DNA of 64,000 nt from Gnetum montanum (GCA_015680685.1 MNCI01002379.1:442780-506779), one strand, 5' to 3'. Positions 24,051 through 38,329 are shown, counted from the first letter of the stretch. Notes: a model not told the origin generated them from the letters alone. Translations and numbers: made by a program.

Positions 24051-25900
24051 TGTAATAGCTCAATGTTTCAAACCTAGAATCTTAAATTTGTTATTTATTT
24101 TCTTACCATTATTTCCTAAGTATACGGGTATATTTAATATATTATGTAGATAATATATTGTATTTTGCTAGTGGTTTATGCTAGTGCATTCTACTATCTC
24201 TCTTCTACTCAAGCTTATCATTATGCATACTGAGGTTTGAACCCTTGACTCATTGTTTACATACATTGGTACTGTACAATTGATACATCATGTTATAGCA
24301 CTTATAAGCTTGTAATTCTTGGTAAGCTTACATGTTTTATTATGTTTCAATATTACGCTTCTCAAGGTTTGGATGTTGGACCTTGCTTTTATAGGTTTGG
24401 ATGTTGGACCTTGCTTTTATTATATATTTAGAAATATTGTTATTTATGTAATTCTTTTTTTGATTATTATTTTGTTGGTAGTGGTACATTGCTAGTATTT
24501 TATTATATTTTTATCTTATTTGGTGTTGAAACAATGTAAGAACATGGTTATAAGACATGTTAATAAATGTTTAGGGTTTATTCTAGTTATTATTTTATTT
24601 TATGTTGGAACTAGTTCTTGGGCATGTGGGCTTATTCTAGTATTTTCATAGTGGCTTTAACCTATTGGTTGACTATTGGACCCTTTTTGTAAATACATGT
24701 TACCTAATCTTAGAAAATAAATTATTAATTCTTTATTCTTTGAATTGCCCAAACAATCCCTCTTGTGCCTATAAATACTTTGTAATGCTAGCTCTCTTAG
24801 CATCAATTGTATGTATCTCTCCTACATGCTTATACTCATGGCTATGCTTCACAGATCTCTTAGAGGTTTCAAGATATGATCCTATTCTTGCTTAACGAAG
24901 TTTGGATCTCAGTTGGTCTCTCAAGGTAAAAGAAATATTTTTGGTTGTATTAATTTTGATAAACTAATTTCCTTTTTGTACCTACTTTACTTAGTGATTG
25001 TTTAATGATCTAATCATAGTGTATATGTTGTTGATCTAACCTTGGTTTGATGATTAATTCGTAATTTGATGTTTTCATGACTTTCCACTTTGTGCATCAT
25101 GCTTATCTTTCTTCTATGATATCTTCTTCTCTCAATGGTAGTAGCAATGATGTCTTCATGCATTGTAACTTGCATTGTGATAGATCTAGGGATTGTGATG
25201 AAAGTCAAGATAGACTTCTTGCACATTTTTGAAAGTAGCATGATCATGATGGTGTGTGATGTGAATGATAACCTTAGACAACAATGATAAGTAGATATTT
25301 CAAACATATATGGGCATGTTCAACATATCAAAAAGGTTTGAGAAACAAATAGAATACATTAAACATGATCAAATATGGAGGCTAGTATTTCATGCCAAAT
25401 GATCATGTTGCAATCACGTATCAATTGGTTTGAATATGCATGAGGAGTTAGGGCTTAGGATAGCTATAACATAATCCACCAATTGGTCTAAACATGCATG
25501 AGGGTTGGCTTAAATGGGTGAGGTGTTAGACTAAATAGTCTTTGATGGCTAATTAAGTTAGTATTAGCCTTATAAACATCTAATGTTGGAAACCTCATGG
25601 AAAAATCCACAGGTAGGAAAATTATGGATAATGATAGATTATTATGTTAATAGTAATGTTAATGGTTATGCTTTGATTAATAGTTTGGTTAATTGGTAAT
25701 TGTTGTTGGTTTTAACATTGTGTTTTGCACCATGGGCCCCACCTTCTAGCTTTATAACAAAGAATTCAAGTATTGTTGTCTCTTGGAGCCATGTTATGAA
25801 ATTGTAAAAATGGCTCATTTGGTTATCTTATGTATCTCTTGTAACTTGTATTACAAGGAATTACGCTCATGTTGTTGGCATAACATTACATGAATTTTGT
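24051..25900. mobile_element. Old LTR-like insertion in the RTE element (right boundary uncertain; may resume near 31750-31880)
   Basis: Starts TGTAA exactly where the RTE reading frame breaks. The RTE frame resumes near 31890. Confidence 0.45.
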
Positions 25901-26099
25901 TAAGTAATGCATTTTCTATGGTTTGCTCAAATTGAAACAAAAAAACAAAGGCAAATTGAAACCCCCATGATGATTGCTAATAAAGCCAAATCAAATCATT
26001 AACATTGCAATTCTTAAGAGAATTTAATATTGTTCTCAAATCCTACTATGTAGCATTGAAGTTGAACTATGCTAGCAATAGAACACTTCATATCATAGT

Positions 26100-29000
26100 C
26101 AAACTTAGCATAACTTATGTTTTGATATTAGGCATCTAATCTACATTTACATATAAAGAAAATGATCTTGAAAAGGAAGATCTTCCAAGTCTTTTAAAGG
26201 TGTTGTTTAACGTAGTCATTATTGAAGATACATAATGAAAAACCAATAGACTAATTTGGATAGAAAATTTGAAGAGATTAACACCAATTCAAAATTTGTT
26301 TAGAGAAAGATAATTCCTAAAAAACATACATAAAAGAGTCTTCTGCTTAACAAATGATGCATTTAAGACATTAAACTCCTAAGAGATGAAGCCTATGTCC
26401 AATGAGAAGTCTTTGATGAATCAAGGATTAGAGTAAGAATTGATGCTTTAGTTCGGCATTTGATTTCTAAACACAATGAAATATTGATTTTCAATGATTA
26501 TCCTTTAGTTGCACATTCCATCTTCTATTTAGAGTGAAATAGTAAAATTGTTGTAAGTGAAACCAAGATTTGGCTTTTAGAAATGCTGAGACATAGAGGG
26601 AAACCATTTGGAAAAAATTAGTCTTCATACCAAGGAGTTGCATTATGCATTTTTGGTGCCCCAAAGTTGAAGAGAAAATTCTTAATGTGCTAATAAATAG
26701 AAATATCCTATCTTTGAAACCTTTATTTCACTTTGACATGTTTCCAAGAAAGAACAAGATTGTCATTTCTAATAGAAAATAATTGGCCAATATGATGGAG
26801 ATTGCAATTAGCAAAATGATTTACTTTGTTTGAGAATTTTTCAAATAAGTAGTCAAACTTATTTTTAAAAATAGGCGACTACCACATAGCATGCTTTAAC
26901 AAATTGTTCAAGCTTAAATGGGTAGGTTTCCATTGCAGAAAACCTGTGATTTGATTTCAATAATGCCAAATTTGCTTTAAAAGATATGAGCTTGTGCCCT
27001 TCTATGATCCTCTATAGATTATCTAATTGCTCCAATGAATATTCTTTCATATTTGGTATTTACCTAAACATGAAATATTATGCCTAAATAGAATTTTCTA
27101 AGTTTCTTTACCTTCTATACAAGAAGTGATCCATTTAAAGGCCAAAAGAATACTTTGTTACTCAATAAAAGGGAATCTCAAGCCACCTTGATCCTTACTT
27201 AAAAGAAAGATATCCTAAGCAAGTTGATGAAAAGCTTTGTGATTATCCTTATTTTTCCATAAGAAATTTTTGAAAATTCTATTGATGTTCTAAAAGGATG
27301 ATTTAGAAGGAGTCATGAATGAAGAGTAATACGCATGAGTGGAGCTCAAAATATGGTTGACAACTATAAATCTACCTTTAAGAGATAAGGGCTTGGTAGC
27401 CCGTTTCAGAGCCTCTTGCATAACCTTTTTTACCACATTATGCCATAGAGTAGTAGGAGTAGAAAATAATGCTATCAAAATGTTCAAAAGAGAAAAAAAA
27501 ACTATCTGGAGAAGAGAGTCATTCGATATTATAATTATATGTCCATGTAGGCCTTTTAGAAAAGCTTGAATGAATAGCTTGAGTTTTACTGCAATTAATT
27601 TTGGTTCTTGAAGCTCTACAGTAAATATCAGCATAATCCAAGGCTATGTTAAAATTATTATGCTCCTCACTCAAAGTGAGAAATGTGTCATCTGTAAACT
27701 AGCTATAAAGGAGATCTTTTCCTTCTACTGGAAGAGCAATTCCTTTTAACCTTAAAGAATCACTATGAGCTCTAAGCATAGCTCCAAGAGCATTAACTAC
27801 AATGATAAAAAGATAAGGAGCTAAAGGGCATCCCTTTTAAACTAATTATTGTAGCTCAACAACCTTTGAAAAGTCCCATTTATACATATAACTGATAAAA
27901 GTAAATCAATTTGATTTTCCAAAAGATTACCTAAATTATGATTTTTAATAACACTTCTTAGAAAAGACTAGTTAAGCTTGTCATAAGCTTTTGCAAAATC
28001 AACATTAAAAAGAATGACCTTTTGTTCTATGGAATAAGTGCAATGCATACCTTGAACAAAACTAGTGTACTCTTTGCTAATGAGTTGAGAAAGAAATAGT
28101 TTTAATTTATTGGCTATAGCTTTAGCAACAATTTTGGAGATGACATTCAAAAGAGTAATTGGACACCAACTACTAATGCACATACTATCTTTTGTTATGG
28201 GTAATAACTTAATAATTCGAGCACTAATAACTTTGCCAAAAGAAGCTTTTGTGAGAGCTTCCTTATACACACTATAAATTGAATCTTGAAGACTGGGCCA
28301 CAATTTTTTAAAAAAAAAAATTTAGAAGACCTTTCATACCAGTAGCTTTGTCATCATGTAATTGCTATAGAACCTTTAAAAGATCATTTTTAGAGATAAA
28401 ATTAGTAGTTCCAAATATGGAAAGATTAAAGGAAGTAATGACTCCTAAGAAATTATTAACTACAACTAGATTAATATCTTCTTTACTAAAAATATTAGAG
28501 TAATAATCAAATAAGGCGTATAAAATGTCAATTTTGGAAGTCAAGATATTACCATCAATTTGTAGTTAGGATTTTTGGGGAGTGTTATCTCTATTTGAGG
28601 AAATGAAAAAAATCTTTAGTAGCTTGGTTACCCATACGAAACTAAGAAAGATAGGCATGAAGATGAGCTCCTCTAGCTTCATGATGATCAATAATGCACA
28701 TATTTTCCTTGAGAATTTGTAGACTTAAAAAATGACCCCTTGTAGGTTTACCTCTATTGTTTGTATTCTATAAGAAGGAGATATCCTTACAAAGGTTGGA
28801 TTTGTGCAAGGCCATTCAAGAAGCCATCACTTTCCCTAATGTTTAGAGAAAAAGTAAAAGCGAGAAGAAGCATTAATCCATTAATCTATCCAACAATCAT
28901 CTCCTATGGATTTGCGATGAAAATTCCAAATTTGCATCAATAAAAAGCATAATGAGCTATTGTGAAGAAAGGCTATGTTGAATATATAGAGATCATTAGA

Positions 29001-31700
29001 AGAGCAAGAGCAACTAGAAAAGAAAAGAAACCAATAAATAGGATAATGATATGAAAGAACTTGAGTATAATTGCTTGGACAAGAGCATCATTTGTGGTAG
29101 TAAATTGTATAGAATCATTCAAACACATGTAAACACAGATCAACTTAGAAGAAATGTAAGAATCTTCTTATCTAACATTACTCTAAGTAAACTGATGAGA
29201 TGCGATATGCACAAGTCGCGATATCGCGGCCGCCACGATATCACGTCGTCCCTTGCAATATCGCGTACGTGATATCGCAGTTTGCTGTCAAATCTATAAA
29301 TAAGAGGTGGCACTCCCTTTATTTCCCATCCTAGGCTTAAAGTAGGGAAACTCTGGTAGTTTGATCACTCCAGAGATAGAATATTTTCCATGTGCCTACA
29401 GTAGGAGTTCCCAAGTGAACGGATCTTTATTCAAGCAGCTTTNNNNNNNNNNNNNNNNNNNNNNNNNNNNNNNNNNNNNNNNNNNNNNNNNNNNNNNNNN
29501 NNNNNNNNNNNNNNNNNNNNNNNNNNNNNNNNNNNNNNNNNNNNNNNNNNNNNNNNNNNNNNNNNNNNNNNNNNNNNNNNNNNNNNNNNNNNNNNNNNNN
29601 NNNNNNNNNNNNNNNNNNNNNNNNNNNNNNNNNNNNNNNNNNNNNNNNNNNNNNNNNNNNNNNNNNNNNNNNNNNNNNNNNNNNNNNNNNNNNNNNNNNN
29701 NNNNNNNNNNNNNNNNNNNNNNNNNNNNNNNNNNNNNNNNNNNNNNNNNNNNNNNNNNNNNNNNNNNNNNNNNNNNNNNNNNNNNNNNNNNNNNNNNNNN
29801 NNNNNNNNNNNNNNNNNNNNNNNNNNNNNNNNNNNNNNNNNNNNNNNNNNNNNNNNNNNNNNNNNNNNNNNNNNNNNNNNNNNNNNNNNNNNNNNNNNNN
29901 NNNNNNNNNNNNNNNNNNNNNNNNNNNNNNNCCACTCATCATAAACCAATTAAAAATGCTAGAAGAGAGGTCATTTTGATTAGCTTCATGCAAATTTAAT
30001 TTACTTGTCATCTGCAACCAAACAGGAAGCTCACTGTTATCTAAACCTCTTTGTCCTCCAATTTTATCATTTATATTCTTGATCATATTAAAGACTCTTG
30101 CCATAACCCAATTAGTTGTAGGTAAGTTATGACATAGCCAATTCCAAAATGGTTTCTGATCATTCAAGTGGGAGAATAGATAAAAAAAGCCTAAAATTTC
30201 ATTTGCATAATGTAATTAAACGTAACAATAATGCCCTAAATCATTACTGCCTTGACTGATAACAAACTCTTGTCATTTTTTGTGAATAAGAATCACTACT
30301 TTAGCTTTTCCATGCTCATGAGTAGAAGAGACACAACAACTATTCAAAAAAATACACTTACAATAAGTTTGAAGTTTATCCTTGAATTTTAACCTCTTAA
30401 ATAAAAGCCACATCTAGATAATTTCTACAAATATAGTCTCAAGTTATATATCCTCTGTGGGGATCCAAGAGTTCCCATACATTGCAAGAGTAATACTTCA
30501 TTATGAATGTGAAGATGAGAGAGGATCTTCCTCAACAACTAAAGCCTTGAAAGAATTTTTGGATTTAAAACTGTTAACTAAAGGATGACAAGTACCTGAT
30601 CTTCTACTAGAGGAATGAATATTATTTGCATACAAATAGGGAAATTATTATTAGGGAAATTACTAAAGATAGGATTATCTTGTGTAACTAAGGCATAAGA
30701 TTTATGAGTAAATCACTCCCATCCACTAGTAACTTCTCTTAGATCTCTTTATTAGTTTTTAGAATTCTTTAAAGAGGCTGTATTAGTATTCTTAATCTTC
30801 ATATCTTTAGCATCTACCTTTTTGGAGCATGAAGAACATCAATTACTTGGAGAGTGCATCTTGGTAGTAGCATTTACTTAATCCATAGATATATTTTTCT
30901 CATTTAATTTTTTATTTACCTATTCAACTAAAATTCTCTCAACTTCAAGCTTGGGCAATAAATTTAGACATTGAGCTCTTCTATGATTGGAATCAAGGTA
31001 CTAGTAACATCCATTTGGGCAATAAGAGATCTTTTACATAAATGGTCTTCCTTTCATATTAAACTCAAGTAAGTCTAGTTTTTTCTTTCGCATATCTAAT
31101 TTAACAGAAATTATTAAGTTGGTCACAGAAGAAAGCCTGAGAAAGACTCCATTCCAATAGCCTCACTAATCTATGAAGCAAGAATGTCTACATGCAAAAA
31201 AGAATGAGGTAGAAGTCTTAGGAATTTAATCCATACTAGCAGAATACTGTTACTTTCTTTTTTCTGATCAAAATCCTCCTTCCATGACTGAAGAACCAAA
31301 AATGATTCAAAGATATCCCAAATAGACTGATGCTTTACAAAGTCCACCATTGTCTTTGTTTCAAAAGTAAAGAGAAAAAAAATCCTCTTCTGAGATTAAA
31401 AACAAGGGTTTATTTGATATTTCTAGATTCCTAGTTCTTTTAAATCTAATCTTTAAAAACCATTGCAAGGGGGATTCTGCCAATAGAAAAATCAATTGTA
31501 TACAACTAAGTAAAGGCATGCACTATTAAATCAAAAATATCTTTAAGAAAATCAATAAACAAAACAACATTATTCATAACATTATTAATCTCAATGCCCT
31601 ACAGGATGGCATTAGAGGAATCTATTGTCTTTTAGTTCTTCCATCCAATAATAAAGAGGGAGGAAATAGCTTAAAGCATGTAGAGCCCATAGGTCCCAAG
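26100..31700 (-). mobile_element. Near full-length decayed L1-clade LINE
   Basis: ORF1 remnants LVWIKFLRL and a CCHC knuckle (NGCY*YLDSNHRRAQC). ORF2 RT remnants WCPITLLNVISKIVAK, VDFAKAYD, KGCPLAPYLF, FTDD and PLSLKGRFIVVNHILSS. Confidence 0.8.
29193..29941 (+). mobile_element. Young TGATGAG-family LTR insertion in L1, spanning an assembly gap
   Basis: tgatgag...ctcatca termini with exact TSD TAAAC on both sides. cgatatcg repeats and ctataaata. Confidence 0.85.
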
Positions 31701-31884
31701 CCCCACACACTGTAGAAAATTAGCTACAATGCAATTTTATGGTCTAAAAATGACAACTATAACAAAAAAAGAACTTCACACTAATTTCGAATTTAAGTTC
31801 TGCATATGGAATATATGGAATTTAGTCATGCCCCTTAAGTAATTCTATAAATTTATCTATGGTTGATTTTAGCATGTGATAAAA

Positions 31885-34100
31885 ATCATGTATCTCCTAG
31901 TACTTTCCAAGCTTCTATAGGAATGTTATCTAGTTCAACAGCTTTTATAGTTTTCAACTTTGATAAGGTTGTCTTCACCTTAAAGAATAAAAATTCATTG
32001 ACCAAACCAAAATTTATTTCTTCTTATTGAATTTATTTTCTTGAAAATTTTTCATTTAATAATTCTTAAAAATCATTTTTCTTCCTCTCCAAAATTTCAC
32101 TATCTTTTACTAAAATTCTTTCATCTACCTCTTAGATGCATTTAACATGCTAAATGTTATTACATTTTCTGTTTCTAATTTTTCTTAGTTTGTAAATAGA
32201 ATTTCTTTTTTTATTTTTAATTTTCATCAAAATTATTCAATACCTTATGATGAGCCATGATTTGGTTTGCCTCGATATTAGATACCTGATATCGAAGCCT
32301 AAGAAGCAATGTCAAATATTTGATATCGTCTCCTTCGTGCCAGCCTATAAATACAACACTTGGGTGCATGGTTGGGGGATATTTTTAGTTTCAATTTTCA
32401 AATAGCTTCTTCATAGATTGTTGATTTTTAGTTTTGTTATTCCCAATGCATGTCCACAATGTGATGTTTGTGATTGTACGACATTCTTATTCAAGTGTGA
32501 CGTACTTGGACATGTTACATGACTGGAAATAAAGATCACGATTACTTCCATCATTGTAGCATCCACTTACATTCATTATTGATTTAATTGTGTTAATTGT
32601 TTAATTATGTATTGTTTTCTTTAGTTAATGTTTCCATTTATTGCTATTTACTATTCCTGTCATTAAGTGAAATGAGTACGACTTAATCACAAGCACTTAA
32701 GTGTAAGTACTTGGTAACCTAGCAATGTATCGTTTGGTGAGTCTAGTGACGTATGCTTGGTAATCCAAGAGGTAGTCTCATGAAGTCCAAGGTGTGTGCA
32801 AGCGATTAAGAACATATACTCATCGCACATAGGCTAGTTTAGATTTTTCTTTCCATTGTTTAGTAGCTCAATTAATTTATCTTTATATTATCATTAGGAG
32901 CAACATAGGATTAGATTGCATCACATGCCTCACTTTGGACTAAACCATACGTGACAAAGCTACCACTAGTCCAAGTGGGAAGAGAATGAACTGCAATCAA
33001 GGCATAACAATTTAGATGCACAACTAGTCCCATCCACGGAATTTGACTGGATCGTGTGTGAATGCTTATGATTCGTATGGTTGGGCATAGGGGTAGCTTG
33101 CTACTCATCACCTTATGTTTAGCTTTGGCTATTGCTCCTTTTGCTTTTTTTTTTCTTATTTTGTACATTAGGCTATTTTCTTTGTTTTTGCTTTATTGTC
33201 ATTCCTTAAAGTATTTTTTCTTATTTTAGATAGCATGTTGTAGTTCATCACTTTGCCACCATATCTTCTTTGGGATGTATCTTTTGCCTTTTGTTTCACC
33301 TAGAATGTTCTTTTCAATTTTTTGAACATGAATTTCCATTTAGCCCTAAATTAAATTTTCATAGCAATCTAAATTCCAAACATCTCCTTGAAGCATTTGT
33401 TTTCTAAATTAGATGATGTCATCTTCCTTTAGATTCCACAATTATATGCATTTATTCCCTCTTCTCTTGCTATCATTGAAGCTCTATATAACTAAATCCA
33501 TGATCATTAGTCAATGCTGAGTTATGAGGTTCTTTCCAAGTATGACCTTGTAATTTTTACATAAGGTCTAATCTCTTTTACGTAGCAAAAAATAGTAAAT
33601 TTTTATTTTATTCTATATCACTCTTATAGGTAATTAAATATATTTCCTTCTTCTAGAAATAAGTATTTGTAATTGCAAGGTCATAGACACTTGCAAATTG
33701 CAGTAGGAAATATTTCATATCATTGTGCACTATAAATCCATGTCCTCCATGAATCTTGTTTTATCTCATTTTCATAGATCCAACATTATCATTGAAATTC
33801 TCTTCAATGAATATCCGTTTTTGCTTGAAAATTTCATGAAGAACTAGTTCCATTAAAACCCAAAAATCTTGCTTGTTGGAGTTTTCTAAGCCAATTTATT
33901 GAGCATATATATTGATGATGTTTGTAATGTCATTTCCAAGTACAAGTTTTATGCCCATAATTTGATCACCATGGTGGCATACCTATAATGCTTTATTTTT
34001 GATGAATTAATTGATGATGATATTATTTCATTTTGGTGATTTTCATTTCTTAAGTAAAAAATTTTGTAACCCTTGTCAAAGTCTCAAGCTTTCTTCCTTT
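31885..34100 (-). mobile_element. RTE-clade LINE, endonuclease and linker part, interrupted by a solo LTR
   Basis: KVILGKNLITQH, YKIRKKKAKGAIAKAKHK and KAVELDNIPIEAWKVLG. Colinear with 22960-24050. Confidence 0.8.
32248..33110 (+). mobile_element. Solo LTR of the Athila-like family (863 bp)
   Basis: tgatgag...ctcatca termini, exact TSD CCTTA (32243-32247 and 33111-33115), TATA cctataaata near 32345. Confidence 0.9.
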
Positions 34101-36499
34101 CTATCTTTATTTCTTTGGAGTAGGTAATGTTAAGTTTTCATCTTTGGTAGTGTTGAAAATACAAATGCTGATGCTAATGTAGTATCAATGTTAGCCATAG
34201 TTGGACAAAATTTTAATTTTTTTTCAAAAGTCTTCATTTTAAATTATCAAAACCTTGTTTGGCCTTCAAACTGAGACCACAAGTTGTCAAAATGATGCTA
34301 AGAAGTTTATGAGGATGAGAGGAGATGTTAAAAGCTGAGATTGAGTGTTAGTGATAGATGGTGTTAGTGCTAATGCTAATGCTAATACTAACAGAGCATC
34401 ATCTCTAGTTATGACACTTAGAAATTTTTTTGAAACTTTTCTAAGTTTTATTGCACGACTTCTAAGGCATCCAAATTGCCACCAGAACAAGCTAGGGTGA
34501 TGTTGAGGCAATGCCAACAAATATAAGAAGTCTAGAAATGGGCTGAAATGCCGATTGAGAAGTGTAGTAATGTTGTTTTGCAAGTTTTGTGAATTGCCAA
34601 GCTCATACCTAGCAAAATGTTGAAATGCCTGGTCTAAGATAGATTTAGGAATTCTTAGGGATCTTGTTTAAATCCTAGATTGTCATTGAAAGCCATCAAG
34701 GAAAAGGTGAGGGACCTCAAGAGTTCGCTGATGTAGGTCGATGTTACGTATGGGGGTCTCATCAGCATCAATGTGAATGTAGCATTAGTGTCAACACTCG
34801 AAGTTGGAAAAATTTTCACACTTTTTCCTATCTAAAATCTCAACTTTGGAAAGATTGAAACTAACCCTGGGATAAGTTGGAATGGTAATTTTGAATTACC
34901 AAGAAGTCAGAAAACCTATGAAGTGATGTGAACTAGGTATATTAGATGATTTAGAGGTGGTGAGATGAGTTCTAACCTTGCTAGTGTCCCATACTTAGCC
35001 AAAAATTTTAGCTTTGCAAGTTCTGAAAAACTTGCAAAAGTGCCAATTCTAGAACCTAGAGTGCAACAATTGCCACTGACGAGTCATTCTAGTCTTGGGT
35101 AGTCATTGCACATGTTAGAATCTATTTTTGGTGAGATTTAGGACTCCAATTATGACGATTCTAGTGTTGACACTAATACAGAAAATTTTTTGAATTTTTT
35201 TGTAAATTTTTCAAAGTTGCTAGAATTGATGGCAAAATATTGGGATATGACTTTGAATGATCTTTAGAGGCCTCCAAAGGCAAAAAATGTGTCTAAGGAA
35301 GATTGACTTGGGATCTATGTTGCCTCCAATACTAGAAAAATTTCAATCATAAGATCCTAGGATCAAATCATGAAAATTGCTTAATTTAAACCTTGTGATT
35401 CCATGGGAACCTAGGATGTATTATTCATGATCCTGTAGGATGTGGAATCTACATTAGCTCTAACACTTAAAAAAAAAATTGATTTGTGTTAGTCCTAATA
35501 CTTAGAAAAATTTTGATTTTAGAGTTTTCTTGGGGTTGCAAAGAATAGAGTCCATTAGTTGGATTATGAATCCAAATGGTTTCCAGAGACCTTCAAGAGT
35601 TGGGAATGTGCCTTGGGGTGCTATATTTTGGGAGTTTGATGCTCAAATTCATATGGAACAATGTTGAGACTACACTTAGTCTTGATTCCTATTGAGCCAA
35701 AATAGTGGGTATGAAACCTTTCTTGTTCAAGTGAGCTCTTGCAAAAAATACACAAATGTGATCTAGTTTAAAATTTTGTACTAAGAAATCACATGTTATG
35801 CCCAAAAAATTTTTATCAATGATCTTTAGTTCGAGTAAGATAGTTGTATTTGTCCAAGTATGTTATGGCAAATTAGGGGAGAAACACATCCTCTCCTACT
35901 AATTGATTCTTATGATAGTTTAATATGGTGATTTTGTTATGCATCAAATGTGAGGTAATCTAGGTAATCACCGTTCCTTATTACAATATGTTACTCTTGT
36001 GGGGTGGCCATTCTTAAATCCATAAATCTTAAGATGAGTCTTTAGTTTGAATGCCTTAAGGACTCCCTAATTTGATGTTAGGAGGTGATGGTTCTTGTTC
36101 ACTGATTGTGATGCTACACTTGAATGCTCATCTGAGGGTCCTTTATTGGTGATGTTTTGATGGGTTAGCTCATGATCCATAGAAGAAAAGTGATAGTGTT
36201 TTAAATTACTCTATTTGCAAATCTTACATTTGAGAAAACTGTTCTCCATATTCTTTTTCATGGATAGTAGTTCTTGGATGTTTCAATATTTTATTCCTTT
36301 ATTTAAATTTTCCATATTGAGGATTTGATTTGGTTCTTGGAGTAGTTGTTCTGAATGTGAAGCATGATTCCTTTCTATGTGAAACAACATGATGCATTGT
36401 TGCTAGCTTGTGAATACTCAAATATGTAGGTACTTATGTGCTTGACTTGGTGATTTAAAATTGGTTAATAGTGGAATATGTCGTGGATCTCTTGAAGGA

Positions 36500-37400
36500 G
36501 TAGCTACTATGGTGGATAAATCTATATATTCACTAGCTTCCCTTTCTATTTCACATTTGGTATGGTGGATACCTTGGTGAAATTATCTTATACTAAAGTG
36601 ATATAATGTTTTTGGTTGCCTTTGAACATTGTGATAGATAATTGTTATTATTTTAAGGAAGGTCTTGACAAAGAATGTTTCCAATGCCAAACACTTTATT
36701 ATTAATGATAGTGAATGTGATATGTGATTCTATCTTACCACCTCAATGGAAGATGGACAATCAACGTTTCTACGAAGAATACTTGTTCTAAAGAGGATGG
36801 GATGTGGTTGACCTAGCACTACCATGTCCAAGATGGATTGAAGTAGTAGTGTGTATGAGGGAGCATATGTTCTTCATGACAACTCTGACCAGGGAGTATA
36901 TGTTCTTAACTATAATTTCAAGTGAGAAGCACAAGGTTTGACTATGACTCCAAGTAGGGAGCACAAGTTCTTGACTATGACTTTGAGTAGGAAGCATAAC
37001 TTTAAAGGGAGGGAATGTCACAAATTTCTAAAAGGGTATCATTGTATGTATTTTAAAAGAAAAAAATAGGATATTAAACAAGCGAGATGGAGCTAAGTGG
37101 ATTTAAGGATAGACCAATTTTAGGAAGTGAAGAATCATGATGTGTTTTGCCTCTATTAAAGAGTTTTGGGTGATTATCATAATGAGGCTAAAGTCCTAAA
37201 GATCCGTACTCATTCTAGTGCTAGACAACCACTATGCATGGGGAGTGGTTCCCCCAAAGTATAAAGTTGTCTCCCCTTGGACTTAAAGGATTGGCTTTAC
37301 ACTTTCGCATAACTATGAATATTAGTTGTTTTGATTTGTTGTAATTTGTAAATCACAAGTTTTATTATAAGAATACATTGATTTGATACCATTATGTTCT
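36500..37400 (+). mobile_element. Decayed Ty3/gypsy remnant with PPT and LTR starting at 37016
   Basis: PPT aaagggagggaa directly followed by TGTCAC. ~33-bp tandem repeats lie upstream. Faint coding traces (YFKEGL, LPPQWK). Confidence 0.55.
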
Positions 37401-37430
37401 ACACAATCTCTAAAAAATTATTGTGATAAT

Positions 37431-37640
37431 GAGGTGTTGGCCTAGTGGTAAGACTCTTAATTTGGAAACTCCAAGTTATGGGTTTGATTTTGGCAAACAA
37501 TATTGAGTTACAAAGTTTTTCTTTGATTATATGTCGTAGGTAGTAAATATTGTTAAAAAAAGGTATTTTAGTTTGCAACAATATTGCTCTCCCCTCCATG
37601 AAAATATTGTGTTGGCTATATCTTGGGATATATATACCCT
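37431..37640 (+). mobile_element. tRNA-derived SINE
   Basis: A box TGGCCTAGTGG (37438) and B-box-like GGTTTGATT (37481) at tRNA spacing. Three further copies occur in the window. Confidence 0.7.
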
Positions 37641-38329
37641 TTCGGGTTATTCTATCAATATATTTTCTTTTTACTTCTTTCAAAAATATAAGTTTAAACA
37701 TCAATACCAAAAGGTTCATTTAAACGATGCAACTTTACGAAAGAAACCACCAAATTTTCATGGAGATTCTCTTTCAACTTGTAGCTAATGTTATGCTTCA
37801 ACACCTACATTTCTAAATGCAAATTAAAATAAGGCTTTAGGCTTCACCGTATTCCACATTTCACAAGGATTTGATCACCCGAAATGCATGGATTGTGCGT
37901 TCATGAACATCCGTCGGTAACAAGCAACTGCAAGTTTGATAGATGCATTATTTTAAGGGTGCAACATGTGCATGCATACATCAAACTAATCCTTATGTTT
38001 TCTTAATTTGAAGCAAGTCATAAAAAAAATTAAGATGTTTTTACCAGAACAGTTGAATCAACATACCTATCAAAAGAGCACCCTTCCTCACGTTTCCTCA
38101 CGTAGTTACGTACGACCTTCCACATCTTTTATATAAATCTTAATCTGGAAGAGGGTCTCGCTTTTCTTCGCTTCGCGAACACGCAAATAACGCTAGCGAC
38201 AACCACGTCACGAGATTTAGATTACGCTAAAGGTCTCTATTGGCTAAACTGATTCGAAGTATTCCATGCAGCGCAGAATATCTCTCTCCCGACGAAACTT
38301 GAGCGATAGCGATTCTTATTTAAGGTTTA

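Noticed and set aside
31665-31730. Twister-ribozyme-like GGTCCCAAGCCC with upstream TAA
   Set aside because: There is no P2 pairing and no GAGGG pseudoknot partner, and it is antisense to the adjacent LINEs.
34150-35850. Region with weak internal subrepeats
   Set aside because: Probably an old TE, but no termini, TSD or coding motif could be established.
37431-37500. Functional tRNA gene
   Set aside because: The B box is degenerate, no closed cloverleaf forms, and a shared non-tRNA tail indicates a SINE.
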